A stretch of 64,000 bases of DNA, from assembly GCA_965153285.1 (NCBI GenBank), contig OZ229115.1. One strand, given 5' to 3'. The DNA comes from Podarcis tiliguerta. Lineage: Eukaryota. The notes under the pieces were generated by a model, which did no database searches, was not told where the DNA came from, and saw only the letters and a list, made by a program, of their open reading frames with translations. Of the stretch, positions 1-10,891 are shown one piece after another; position 1 is the first letter of the stretch; the number at the start of each line of letters is the position of its first letter. Position numbers and translations under genes: made by a program.

Positions 1-947
1 GTGTGCACTGTTGCTACTTATCGGTGTCCACACTGAAAGTTCTGATTTGGAAGGCATCTAAGTAACATTGGGTTGGGTAGTGCCTTGAAGCCACAAGTTA
101 AAGTTAGCATGAAAAAGTCACAAAAAGTTAGCAACTTTTCTCTTAGGAGCGTGCAGGTGTGAATACACACACACAAACACACAAAATTATGTGACGTCAA
201 ATTGGACCAGGAGCATTGCAAACTTTATTATACTGTGACATCTGAAACTGAAATTCTTTCCAGTAGAGTTGGCACCCTTAGGGTAGGGTTGAACATTTGT
301 TAGATGCCCAAACAAACTTTGCACTTCTGCTTTTTATGCTTCTGATGTAGTGCCCCGAGTGGAAGTTGTGTTAGGAGAGAGGCACATTCCTCAGATGAGA
401 TTCTCACGTGTACATCTTCCCCCTGTGTTATGTTGAAAGCAGAAAAAGTAGATTATCAACTGGGAACACATCTGTGGCTGTTCATATCTTTAAGGAGATA
501 GCATTGAGTAAAGGTGCAATTGCCCCAAGATTGAGGGGGCCCGCCACGTGTGACATCACACACGTAATGCATGTGCAATGTTGCATCGTCTGGAGGAGGC
601 CGAGTGCTCTGAAGGAACTGGCCACTAAAGCTGCGCCACGTTCGGTTGTGTGCTTAGCCTCCTCTGTCCCTTAAACATTGGAATAACAGATAAAACTAAT
701 GGAAGGAACTAGCGGCCCCCACTATATCATTTGGGTGGCAGCAAAGATGGGATGTGGGAAATAAAGCTTACATTTTGAAGATACATTTGACTTGTGATTG
801 GGGCATAGAAGAGGGCAACTGGATTTCTTTCCTGTGAAATCATGGGTTTGTTTTACCTCAAAGTAATCCTGCTCGATGAAACAATCCTGCATGAGGGGGA
901 GTATGTTGTGCAAGCCGTCTCATTCAGTCTGCTCTTTCCTTCTGCAG

Positions 948-1106
948 ACAGTGCAAATTCCAATTTACTCAGAACAGGAGTATCAGATGTACCTTCATGA
1001 TGATGCTTGGACCAAAGCTGAAACAGACCACCTCTTTGACTTATCCAGACGGTTTGATCTTCGCTTTGTGGTCATTCATGACCGTTATGACCACCAGCAG
1101 TTCAAA
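948..1106 (+). CDS. DMAP1: DMAP1 (DNMT1-associated protein 1, NuA4/SWR1 subunit) internal coding exon, SANT/Myb-like domain; upstream exons lie outside the window
   Basis: 159 nt, acceptor ctctttccttctgcag, donor AAA|gtaagt; encodes TVQIPIYSEQEYQMYLHDDAWTKAETDHLFDLSRRFDLRFVVIHDRYDHQQFK, matching vertebrate DMAP1 as I recall it. Confidence 0.97.
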
Positions 1107-1389
1107 GTAAGTGCCTGTCAGCTAATACCGTCTACAGTGAAGTTGCCATGGTGCAGTTTGTTGAATAAAACTTATTTCCAGTTTAAGGATCTGCAGACAT
1201 GGACTATGCAGTGTGCTGGTTAAAATAATACATGCCTGTTAAGGGTTCCTGAATTATCTTCCTGAAGTTTTGTGTGAAACATTATAAGCACCAGCTGCAT
1301 TGGGTAAGAGACTTACAAAAGCAAGGAAAAAACGGGTTGTTAAGCTCTGAGAGGCATCTCAACAGTGTTTATTTGGAGGTGAGATAGCT

Positions 1390-2420
1390 AGGACAGAATA
1401 GGGATTCTGTTGGTGTACTACCCACCCTGTCACTCAACAGTCTCATTTTCAGCAGGAGTAGTCTTGGTGTTGGAGTCCTCTCACCTCTTGTGCTGGAGAA
1501 CTTCAACATTTGTGTTGATGCCTTGTCAGGACTGGCTCAGGTTTTCATGGCTGCCATGACAACCATGAATCTGTCCTAAGTAATATCTGGCCCTACCCAT
1601 GCTGCAGGGCACATTCTGGACTTGGTTTTCTGTGCTGGATTGGATTATGGTGATCTTAGCGTGGAGGAACTTTCTGTTAGTTCCACTGTCATGGTCAGAT
1701 CACTCCTTGGTGGGGTTTAGACTCGCTGAAGCTCATAACCTTAGTGGGTGTGTGGGTGTGATTAAGATGTTCCACCCTAGAAAGCAAGGTATCTGGAGTG
1801 TGTGTTGGCATCTCAGATAATGGATGAGACAGATTATCTAGATCTATTTCAATCTGGTTTCAGGCCTGGTTATGGGAGCGAGATGGCTTTGGTTGCCTTG
1901 GTGGATGACATGCCAGGAACTGGACAGGGGGAGTGTGTCCCTTTTGGTTCTGCTGGACTTTTCAGTGGCTTTCAATACCAACTTGGGATGCCTTGTTGGA
2001 ATGCAGCTTAGAGCCACTGTTTTACAATGGCTTTGTTTCTTCTTGGAGGGGTGAACCTAGAAGGGGGTGCTGAAGGACTCTTGTTTGACACATTGGCTGT
2101 TGACCTTTGGGGTCTCTCAAGGTTGTGTTCTGTCCCCCATGCTCTTTAACATTTACATGAAACTGCTGGGAGAGGTTGTCTGGAGCGTTGAAGTTCAGTG
2201 TCACCAGTATGCTGTTGACACCCTGCTCTATTTCTCCTTTCCACCTAAATTAAAGGAAGTTGTCTTGATTCTAAACCAGTGTCTGTCATCAGTGATGGAC
2301 TGGATGAGGGTGAACAAATAGAAACTTAATCCACACAAAACAGAGGTGCTGGATGGAGTTGTACTCTCTCTGTAGACACATGTTTGCAGTTTGGGTGTGC
2401 TCCTTTATTCAGCCCTGGGC
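1390..2420 (+). mobile_element. Decayed L2-clade LINE ORF2 fragment (APE endonuclease joined to RT, internally deleted)
   Basis: Endonuclease remnants GILLVY.PP, GPTHAAGHILDLVF, PLSWSDH; RT remnants YLDLFQSGFRPGYGSEMALVALVDD, DRGSVSLLVLLDFSVAFNT, GVSQGCVLSPMLFNIYM, CHQYAVDTLLY (degenerate YADD); frameshifts and stops. Confidence 0.9.
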
Positions 2421-3036
2421 CCTCTCTTTGGGAGCCTCTCTTACTCCAGCAAAGGAACAATCAGCAACCCACTTTAAGCTCCCAGTAGCTCCTTTGAATC
2501 CCCACCCTTACTTGCCCAAAACCTGACGTCATGCGCAAGGAGAAGAACTAAGTTGATTAAGCTAGAAAAAGAATTTTAGGGTTTCTACTGCTGGGTAACT
2601 GATTAAGTGAGGTGAGATGGAGAGTGTTAGTGAAGATGTTGCCATGGAATCAGGGGACATGGAACAGAGGATTTTGGAGAATGGCTATATTTTTAATAAA
2701 ATTGTATTGGTGAGGGAAGATCCCAGAATATGCAGTCCTGTCTTGATTTGTGATTATTGAATGAAGAGCAACAAAGCCTTGTATGTAGCATGGGACCACG
2801 ATATTGTGATAACTAGGCCCGGATACTACTGCCCAGAGAGCGATAAGTTATTGGATGCTTTGCAGATACTGGAAATAAATAAAACTATTTCCTGTGATAG
2901 AGTTCACTCATTGGCACTGATTACAATCATTTTCCTAACATTTCTCTGATGCTTTGTTCATGTTAGATAACTTTAAGCTATTTTTTCATGGTGTTAGATT
3001 TCTTTAAGCTCAGTTGTATCCTTGTTCTCTCCTTAG

Positions 3037-3204
3037 AAGCGGTCAGTGGAAGATTTAAAGGAGCGCTACTATCACATCTGTGCCAAGCTGGCCAACATCC
3101 GTGCTACCCCAGGCACTGACTTGAAAATCCCTGTTTTTGATGCTGGCCATGAAAGGCGCCGGAAAGAACAGCTAGAGAGGCTATATAATCGGACACCAGA
3201 GCAG
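3037..3204 (+). CDS. DMAP1: DMAP1 internal coding exon
   Basis: 168 nt, acceptor ttgttctctccttag, donor CAG|gtaatg; KRSVEDLKERYYHICAKLANIRATPGTDLKIPVFDAGHERRRKEQLERLYNRTPEQ; phase 0/0. Confidence 0.97.
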
Positions 3205-3564
3205 GTAATGTCAGGAAATGTTGCAAGGGAGCCTGGCCTCACATTATCTTACACTGGATCTGTAGCAATAGCTTGTCATTTCTGTGTACTCCCCAGTGCC
3301 CTTCAGGGCTGCTAATATGACTCCTGTTGGAGGTAGTAGTAGGTGCACCTGCCATCCTTTAGGCGTGATTTATCAAGTAATGGGCATACACATATTAAGT
3401 GATCAGTGTGAATAATGGAATAACTACTAGAAAACAAAGTGTCTTAAAATATGTTTTATTTGAGTTTTGTCTGAGAAGGATAGACGCATAGTGCTGATTA
3501 CGCTTGTCAAGTTCTATCTCTGGATTTCAGACAATGCATTTAGCAAATTTTTCTTTCAGTAATG

Positions 3565-3690
3565 CAGTGGTGTCCACACTTTTTTCAAAGAGGGCCAGAT
3601 TTGATGAAGTGAAGGGCTGTGAGGGCCGACCAAAGGGCCAACCAAAGTTGTTGACCTTTTTTCTTTTTTTAGGATTGAAGTTGTTGAGCG
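3565..3690. mobile_element. Probable left-end remnant of a hAT-type DNA transposon
   Basis: Starts cagtggtgtccacacttttttcaaagagggccagattt, resembling hAT termini; no matching right end seen. Confidence 0.35.
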
Positions 3691-4408
3691 GATTAGGTCC
3701 CCGAAACTACTGTATGGGTACTTGCATTACCTGGAGAAAAACAGTTGCTTTCATGAAACACCCTGGACACGCCATCATTTTGTAGCTTGTAGTTTGTCTT
3801 TTGTAGCTCGTAGTTTGGTGGTGAAGGTGCTGGCAGCAACTGCCTGATCTGGTATTGGCCGAGAATGTTAATAAACATTCATATTTCTGAGGAAATGAAA
3901 CAAAGTGAAAGGTAGGTTTGACTGTGTTAAACACACTCAGAAAGCTATGTGAGCAGGAGTATCTGTGAGGGTATAGCAAGGGCAGCCTGTGTGCTGAAAA
4001 TGGGGGAAGGGGCCAAGAAAGGAAAGGCAGGGACTTGTAAATTATGTGTGGTGGAAGAAAGTGAGACTGTGAAGAGCCCTTATATAGGCAGGAGATATGA
4101 AAAGAGAGACAATGAGATAGTGACATTAACAATGTAGAATCTATATACGACAGCCTCCTATATACATTGTGAGAGCTTTGGAATCTGCTTGGCTGTGGAA
4201 TCTAAGTGTTTCAAGGCTTCATGAGCCTTTACAAATTGCTTGTGCGAGAACATTGTACTATTTGTTGCTGCTTTTGTCTCTCTAGTAGTATATTACTTGG
4301 CTCCCAGAAGACCACAGGGCAGGTGAAACCCAGGCCAGAAGCACATCTGTTGCCATTAAGTGGCCCCTTTGGATTGCTTTCCCAGTCATGTTTCCGTTTC
4401 ACCTGTAG

Positions 4409-4594
4409 GTGGCAGAGGAGGAATATCTAATCCAGGAGCTGCGGAAAATCGAAGCCAGGAAGAAAGAGAGGGAGAAGCGAACACAAGACTTGCAGAAACT
4501 CATCACCGCCGCTGACACCACCACTGAACAAAGACGTGCAGAGCGCAAGGCACCCAAGAAGAAGCTGCCACAGAAGAAAGAGACGGAGAAGCCT
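4409..4594 (+). CDS. DMAP1: DMAP1 internal coding exon (coiled-coil / basic region)
   Basis: 186 nt, acceptor tttccgtttcacctgtag, donor CCT|gtaaat (weak consensus); VAEEEYLIQELRKIEARKKEREKRTQDLQKLITAADTTTEQRRAERKAPKKKLPQKKETEKP. Confidence 0.96.
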
Positions 4595-6934
4595 GTAAAT
4601 ATCTTGTGCCTGCCCTCTTTGTTAGGGCTCTACCTTGCCATTTGTCTGCCACGACCTGGGGCAGGGAGTGAGGGGTGGTTTGTCGGTCCTCACCATATAA
4701 GCATTGTTTCTGTGTTTTTGTTTGTTTCTTTTTAGACCCTCATATCTCTTGGGGTGTGGAGAAAAGTTGGGTTTCAATCATAGCAAGCTGCAGAGGGATT
4801 TTGGTTAAGCTGGAAGGACTTGAAAGTGCTGCACTGGGAAGGAGAGAAACTGGACTCATGCAAAGCCCTCTCAGAGAGCAAGCAGTTCAGTGGTTAGTGA
4901 ATACACAGCAAGGAACTTGCTCTTCTTTGTGCCATGCAGCATAGCAACACAAGGGGAGATTAGGGAAATTTGAAAGAAGCACATTTTTCAGCTGATTTCT
5001 TCTAAAAAATTACAATTACAGGATGAGGTAGTGGTCAGACTCCCTTCTCGGGTTTCCCAGGCTTGCAGAGGAATTGAAGCTCTTCCAATCTAGGGTTAAG
5101 CCAATATTTTTGAAATGTTAAAGAGAATGATCTTTAGTTGATGTTCCTGCCCTCACCTAGAACAAGTGTTTTTATGCCTTCCTAAAACCTCAAGATGGTA
5201 GGTGTAAATGGATAACATAAGGAGCAGCATTGACATTCATTTATTTATAAAGAAAAAATTATATACCACCCATACACAGAACACCAAGGTGGTGTACAAA
5301 AAATACCAATGTAAATGCAATGCCTCTTTGCCTCTACCTTTCCTATGTTCAGTTGTGAACTTCTCACTCATTCTGTGAAATATTAGACCACAATATGATT
5401 TACATGTTGTGAGTGGTGGAACAACGGAATGTCTTAATAATATATGAAATGTCTAGCACTGTGTTTTATTTAGAATACGCTGTGGAATTACCGCATTGAC
5501 GCCATGCAGTTTCTGGGGAAAGGACTCTGCCTTTCAGATGGCTCTAAGGAGGGAGATGAGTAGGAAGAAGCCACTACATACTTTAAAAAGAAAAGAAAAA
5601 AAGTGTGCACCACTTTGTGTCACTACAGGCTTACTGCTTGTTAGGACTGCTCTGCTGACTTGGGTTGGGCTGCCCTGAAGGTTTGTGGTTTCAGTTTCCC
5701 TTTGCCTCTTAGTCAGCCAGATTGTTCCATGCCATGCAGCATGTGGAATCAAATAGCCACTCAAAATGCTTGAGGCGTGTTTGGCTGTCTCCCCCAGTAT
5801 TGCCTGGGGCCCTTGTGCCTGCCTATAGGTAAGCACCTCAGGGCTCCTGAAGGCAGCTTCTGTTGTTGCACTAGTGCTGTTTCAACCATGACAGAGTCCA
5901 TTAGGAGTCAATTACCAACTGTAGCAGGGAAACGTGTGTGTGTTTTTTTGAAAAAAAAAATGCATTTTAACTAAGAATTTGAATTGAGGGCTGTATCAGC
6001 ATCATCTCAACAAAGGGAAGTCATTTACCAAAGAGTCAATTGAGGTTGAAGCATTTACAGCTCATGCTGGCGTGTGAGGGATAGCAACCTGTTTAATTGC
6101 TCTGATGTGAGGTGAAGACAGACTGTGCAGTGTGGGAGGGAGTTAGTGTGTCCCTCATTTTCATTAGGGATTAGGCGGATAATTGTCAAGGGGAGATGGC
6201 AGGGGCATGCCCAAAACTGCTCCAGGATTCTCTTGAACAGAATAACATGGAGAAGTTTGGTTGCATCAGTGCCTTTAGTATGGAGCGGAGTCTGCAGGTC
6301 CCAGCATGCATTGCTGCTGATGCGGTCGGTGTAGAGTTTATCTGTACCCCCTCCTGCTGCCATCACGGTAGTCCATCTTCCTTGCTTTGGCTTCAGGTCA
6401 CCCTAGGCACTATGTTCAATTTATTAACTAGGGACTGCAATAAAGTGTTCTTTAATACTGTGTGTGTCAGGCTAAAGAGCCCCCACAACAGATTTTGACT
6501 CTTTAGTGAAGGGCCAAATGATAAAGGGAATTTGTCATATTATCTTCCCTCCGGTGTCCCGAAGGGATAGAATAACTAATTTATTGTAATCAACACAGTT
6601 TCCTGGGCTGTGAATGGGGGCTTTCCTTTGTTTGCAATGTGGGAAATCAAATGGCATAGCTTCAACAGGTTAGGTCTTGGCCAAACACAAGTAAGAAAGT
6701 TTGCTGCTAAATGATGGGAGATAATTCCCTGCTCAGCGAATTATCTTAGTGATTATTGTACTAGTCATCAGTATTTCCTTGGGTTCACAGAATATATCAG
6801 TTGTCTCATGGATGATCCATGGTATATCTCTTTACAATATTGAAATTTCTGGGTGGAAAGGCTTTTTTTTTTGTTAATAGAAGATGTTCAATAGAATGAT
6901 GTGTTGGACTGGTGACAATTTTTCTTTTGAGAAG

Positions 6935-6965
6935 CATATATGTATCCAAACATATATGTATCCAA
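6935..6965. repeat. 16-bp tandem duplication
   Basis: catatatgtatccaaa followed by catatatgtatccaa. Confidence 0.85.
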
Positions 6966-8692
6966 CTCAGCCCATCTTCTGACTTCCAGTCAGCTTTAAC
7001 AGCTTCCAGGATTACTATAGCTCCCTTTTAATTAAGCAAGACCCACGTTATTTGGAGGCAAAGATAGAGGGATCTGCAATAGAGCTTATTATGTTGGGTT
7101 TCTTTCTTCCTCTGCTGAGGATATGCACACACGCTTTTAAAATTATAGCTTAATTGTCCAAGAATTTATTGTATTGAAGCATTTGTGAATCTGCAGTGTT
7201 TAAACAGCGGATAAATTACATGCTTAGCTTGTAATGGGAAAATATTTGGCTAGAAGAGAAAGACATTATTCCTGGTGAAAAATGCAAGGCACTATGAGAT
7301 GGGTATATTTCCCCACAGCATGAAGTTCATGCAGGGAACAAATGGCTAGAACAAGAATAGTAAAGTTGTTTAGTACAAATGGTACAGAAGTTAAATAGTT
7401 AATGGAAAGTGATACTAATCTTGGTTTATTGGCCGTAAACATGGAACAGAAAACATGCAATGATCAGGTGGGGAAAGTTTAAAGATATTAAACAAATCTT
7501 AGATTCTCAAGATTTTAAGAAGTCATAATTTTGCATTTCAGAGTTGCACTCCAAAATATATCCACACTTGGGACCATGCAGGGTTTTAGAACCTGCTTTG
7601 TATCCAGGTTTGTAGTTATACTAGCATGTTGTGAGTTCTACAGGTCAAGACTATAAGGTTGCATTCAGTGTAGTGTTAAGGTGAATGTTCTGTCAGCTCA
7701 AGGGTTTCCTTTGCTCAGCTGAATGTTCTTTTCTCTCCTCATGCGTCCCCAAATCTGTTCTGGGGGTTCCCCCAACCCTCTGGTTCAGATTTGGATCACA
7801 GGGAGGAGGAAGGGAGAAATCCCATTGTGCTGGAGCTGATCCTTGTGCTTCTGCAAGAATTTAATTGACTATTGCTATAATGCTTTAGGGCTGGGGGCCA
7901 GAAGGCATACCCTCCAATATTCCGCATGAAAATAGGGACATTCTATGCTTTAGAAATGTCCCTATCTTCAGACTGTTCAGGTAGCAATGGGCATTCTACT
8001 TTATGCAGCATAGTAAAAAGATTGAGGCTCAAATAATTCAGAATGGATCAAAGCAAACAGATTTTAAACCAGTGAGCAAATCAGTGTTGTGGTTGACTAA
8101 CTTTGTGTAAAATGATTCATGAAAGTAATTTTATCTATTGGAGCCTGTTTTCAGGAATTGGGCAAAACAAAGATGTAGAAGTTAATTGAGGTTTTGGAGA
8201 CCTAGGAAACCTGAATAGCATTCTTACAGTCCTAGCTAGTGTGAGGCCCTGTAGATTTTAGCCTAGTAGAATCTTTCTGGTTCATCCAGAAGAGACTGCT
8301 GTTAGGGTAGTGCTGCTTTTAAGGACAATGTCACATGTTATGTCAGTATAGTTTGTGCTATTTTGTTTCGCCTAGAGCTATGAAACCCTTTCCATGTCCC
8401 ACTGGTTGTTTTAGATGCAATTTGCCTCCATAATTTTTAGTACGTTCCTAGTACGGCTAGATTTGTACCAGCAGACATTGTTGATATCTTAACATATCAA
8501 AGCCACCTTTGGCAGTTTAAAAGGCATTAAAATTAATGGGTGCAGTTCTCAAAATCCATAGTTTCCCCCAGTCTTGCTTAGCAGGGCCTTCTTAGTGCAG
8601 ACATTGACAGCTGCCTCTCTGTCAGAGAGTGGTCCTTGTACATCCTTTTGCATTTCCTTTTCTAAACATATGCTGTCTCTTTCTCTTTTAAG

Positions 8693-8764
8693 GCTGTTCC
8701 AGAGACTGCTGGCATCAAGTTTCCGGACTTCAAGTCTGCAGGTGTCACACTGCGGAGTCAGAGG
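8693..8764 (+). CDS. DMAP1: DMAP1 internal coding exon (in a frame not shown by the ORF track)
   Basis: 72 nt, acceptor tctctttctcttttaag, donor AGG|gtaggc; AVPETAGIKFPDFKSAGVTLRSQR, continuing the DMAP1 frame. Confidence 0.96.
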
Positions 8765-9399
8765 GTAGGCTACTATGTTGGTTGTTGGAGCCCTGTGTGG
8801 ATGCTTGATTGCTTTCATTTCCTATTTATTCTCTTTTTAAAGCTGTTAAAGGTCCATTGGAGTCTGGGCTGTAATATCAATGTGGGTTCTGGCTGGTCTC
8901 AGAAATAATAGCTGTGTGTTTGCACTAGAGGTCCACTAGAGGTGCCAGTTGTTCATGGCTGAACTTGCTTCTTTGCTCCTTAAGCCTCAACTGTTCTGAC
9001 TATGTCTCTGCGCTCTTATGCTTCCATCTGAGGTCAGGTTATCATTCCTGATAATGGGACCCCAGCAGAATATGTAGCCAGGAGAAGAGTCCTGGGAAAA
9101 TCATTGGGAAATGGGTTACAAGCTAGCTCTGTCTTCTGCAAACTGCACTGTTCCCATGAGTAGTTTTAAAATAAAAATTAGACATCTGGATTTTGCAGCA
9201 TTCTTCATGAGAAGAAGCAGTTGGGACATGGAACTAACTTTCTGCCTCTTTTGAAGTTAATCAGAGGGCATTTTTAATATTACAATGTTAACTCGGCAAA
9301 TAACTTTGTGTTTCCCCATTCTGTTGCTACTCCCCCCCCCCATTTACATAATGGTTCTTTTTCATAAATGATAAACAAGGCAAAGGTGTTAGGTGCAGC

Positions 9400-10117
9400 T
9401 TAGACCCACTGCCCAGCGGTCTCCCTGCCTGAGCTGACAGAGCTGGTCTCAGAGCCTGTGTTGAGGACTCCCAGACTGCTGGTTCTGGGGGACTTCAACA
9501 TCCATGCTGAAGTAACTGGCTCTGGGGTGGCTCAGGGCTTCAGGGCCACCATGACACCTTTTCCCCTCTGCAGAGGCAGGGGATCTATTAGGATGGTCCA
9601 CCCTCAGAGGCTGATGGATCCAATGGGTTTCCAGTCAGCGCTGGGGTATTTCCCAGCTGATATGACTGGTGCTCTTGTCAAAGCCTCGGCCGACCTCTGG
9701 AACATCTGAATGGCAAAATCACCTGCATCCGCTGGTGGGATCTTGAGTTCACGAGTACAACATATGAATTTCAAAGGGTATCCTGAGCACTGTCTAGACC
9801 TGTTGTGTTGGATGAGTTTTAGTTTGGAAGGCTTGATGTGGACAAGGTGCTTGGATTGGTCAGGGTGACCATTTGCACTCTGGACTTGCTCCCCTTGGCT
9901 GATAAAAACTAACAGGGAGGGGACAGCTGGCTGGGCCAGGCAGGTGATTACTGCCTCCTTGTGAGATGAGGTGGTCCCTGCCTGCTTGAAGGAGGCAATA
10001 GTGAAATCCTTCCTCAAGAAACCTTCCCTGGATTCAGAAAATCTAAGTAACTACCGGCCAGTTGTCAAGCTCCCCTCCTTGGTCAAGATTCTTGAGCAAG
10101 TGGTTGCAGATCAGATC
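9400..10117 (+). mobile_element. Decayed L2-clade LINE ORF2 fragment (endonuclease plus EN-RT linker)
   Basis: PRLLVLGDFNIHAE, GSIRMVHPQRLMDPMGF, VPACLKEAIVKSFLKKPSLDSENLSNYRPVVKLPSLVKILEQVVADQ; apparently unrelated sequence at about 9710-9870. Confidence 0.88.
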
Positions 10118-10519
10118 CCTTCCTTGTTACTGAGCAAGCTAATCACTGATGGCGTTGTCAGGGTTGTGGCTTTGCTGTATGACATGTCTCAGAACTCCCA
10201 ATACAGTAGGAAGAGCGAATTGGCATATATGAGAAATCTGTTGCTGACAGTAGGTTAATTGGTGTAACTTTGGGATATGCCTTGGAATGCTACTTGGGGC
10301 AGCAGCAGGGAGGTGAGTGGCTATCGCTTGGTTCAGCCTTAATAACAAACCGTGGTTTGTTTGCTTTGAGCATGAGCCTTGGGTTTACATGGTCTTCCCA
10401 CCTCTTTTCAAGTGAGGGGAGGAGATTGAAAGCAATTTCTTGTTTTGTCCAAACCTGAGGAAACTGAAGTTTCTCCACTTTCAAAAAAGAAAAAGAAAAA
10501 AAAAAGGAAAGATGGGAGA

Positions 10520-10891
10520 GTGCATGAGACACTCCCCACTGTGGAGGGCGCTGTACTGGCTGTGACGTCGCATGGGGGTGGTGCGTGCATTAGTCACGCA
10601 CCGTCCCAATGTCACCTTCCCGCCCGCCTGCCCGCCCGCTACATTGTAAGGGGCATGTACGCTGGTCACTGTTTTGGAGGGGAATGAAGAACACACACAC
10701 ACAAAAAGGTAACTTGTTAATTTAATGTTTATTTCTATGAGGAGGAGTAATTCTGAGGGGTCAAACAAAGAAATAATAAAAAAGTGACAAAAAAGTTATT
10801 TTTATAATGACGAGTTTTGCGGCTCCCAGGTTTTTTTTCTTCGGAAACGGGTCCAAGTGGCTCTTTTTGTCTTAAAGGTTGCAGACCCCTG
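10520..10891. mobile_element. Right-hand part of a hAT DNA transposon; left boundary approximate
   Basis: Ends gtggctctttttgtcttaaaggttgcagacccctg (hAT-type TIR), followed by tcctagac (hAT-like target); CpG-rich interior; no left TIR found. Confidence 0.65.

Noticed and set aside
1802-2321. Reverse-transcriptase-like ORFs as an active RT or novel retro-system
   Set aside because: Frameshifted, stop-interrupted pieces with a mutated catalytic motif (YAVD); an ordinary dead L2 LINE.
8923-8948. CTCF-like site ccactagaggtgcc
   Set aside because: Lacks the GGC core; better explained as a short cactagaggt duplication.
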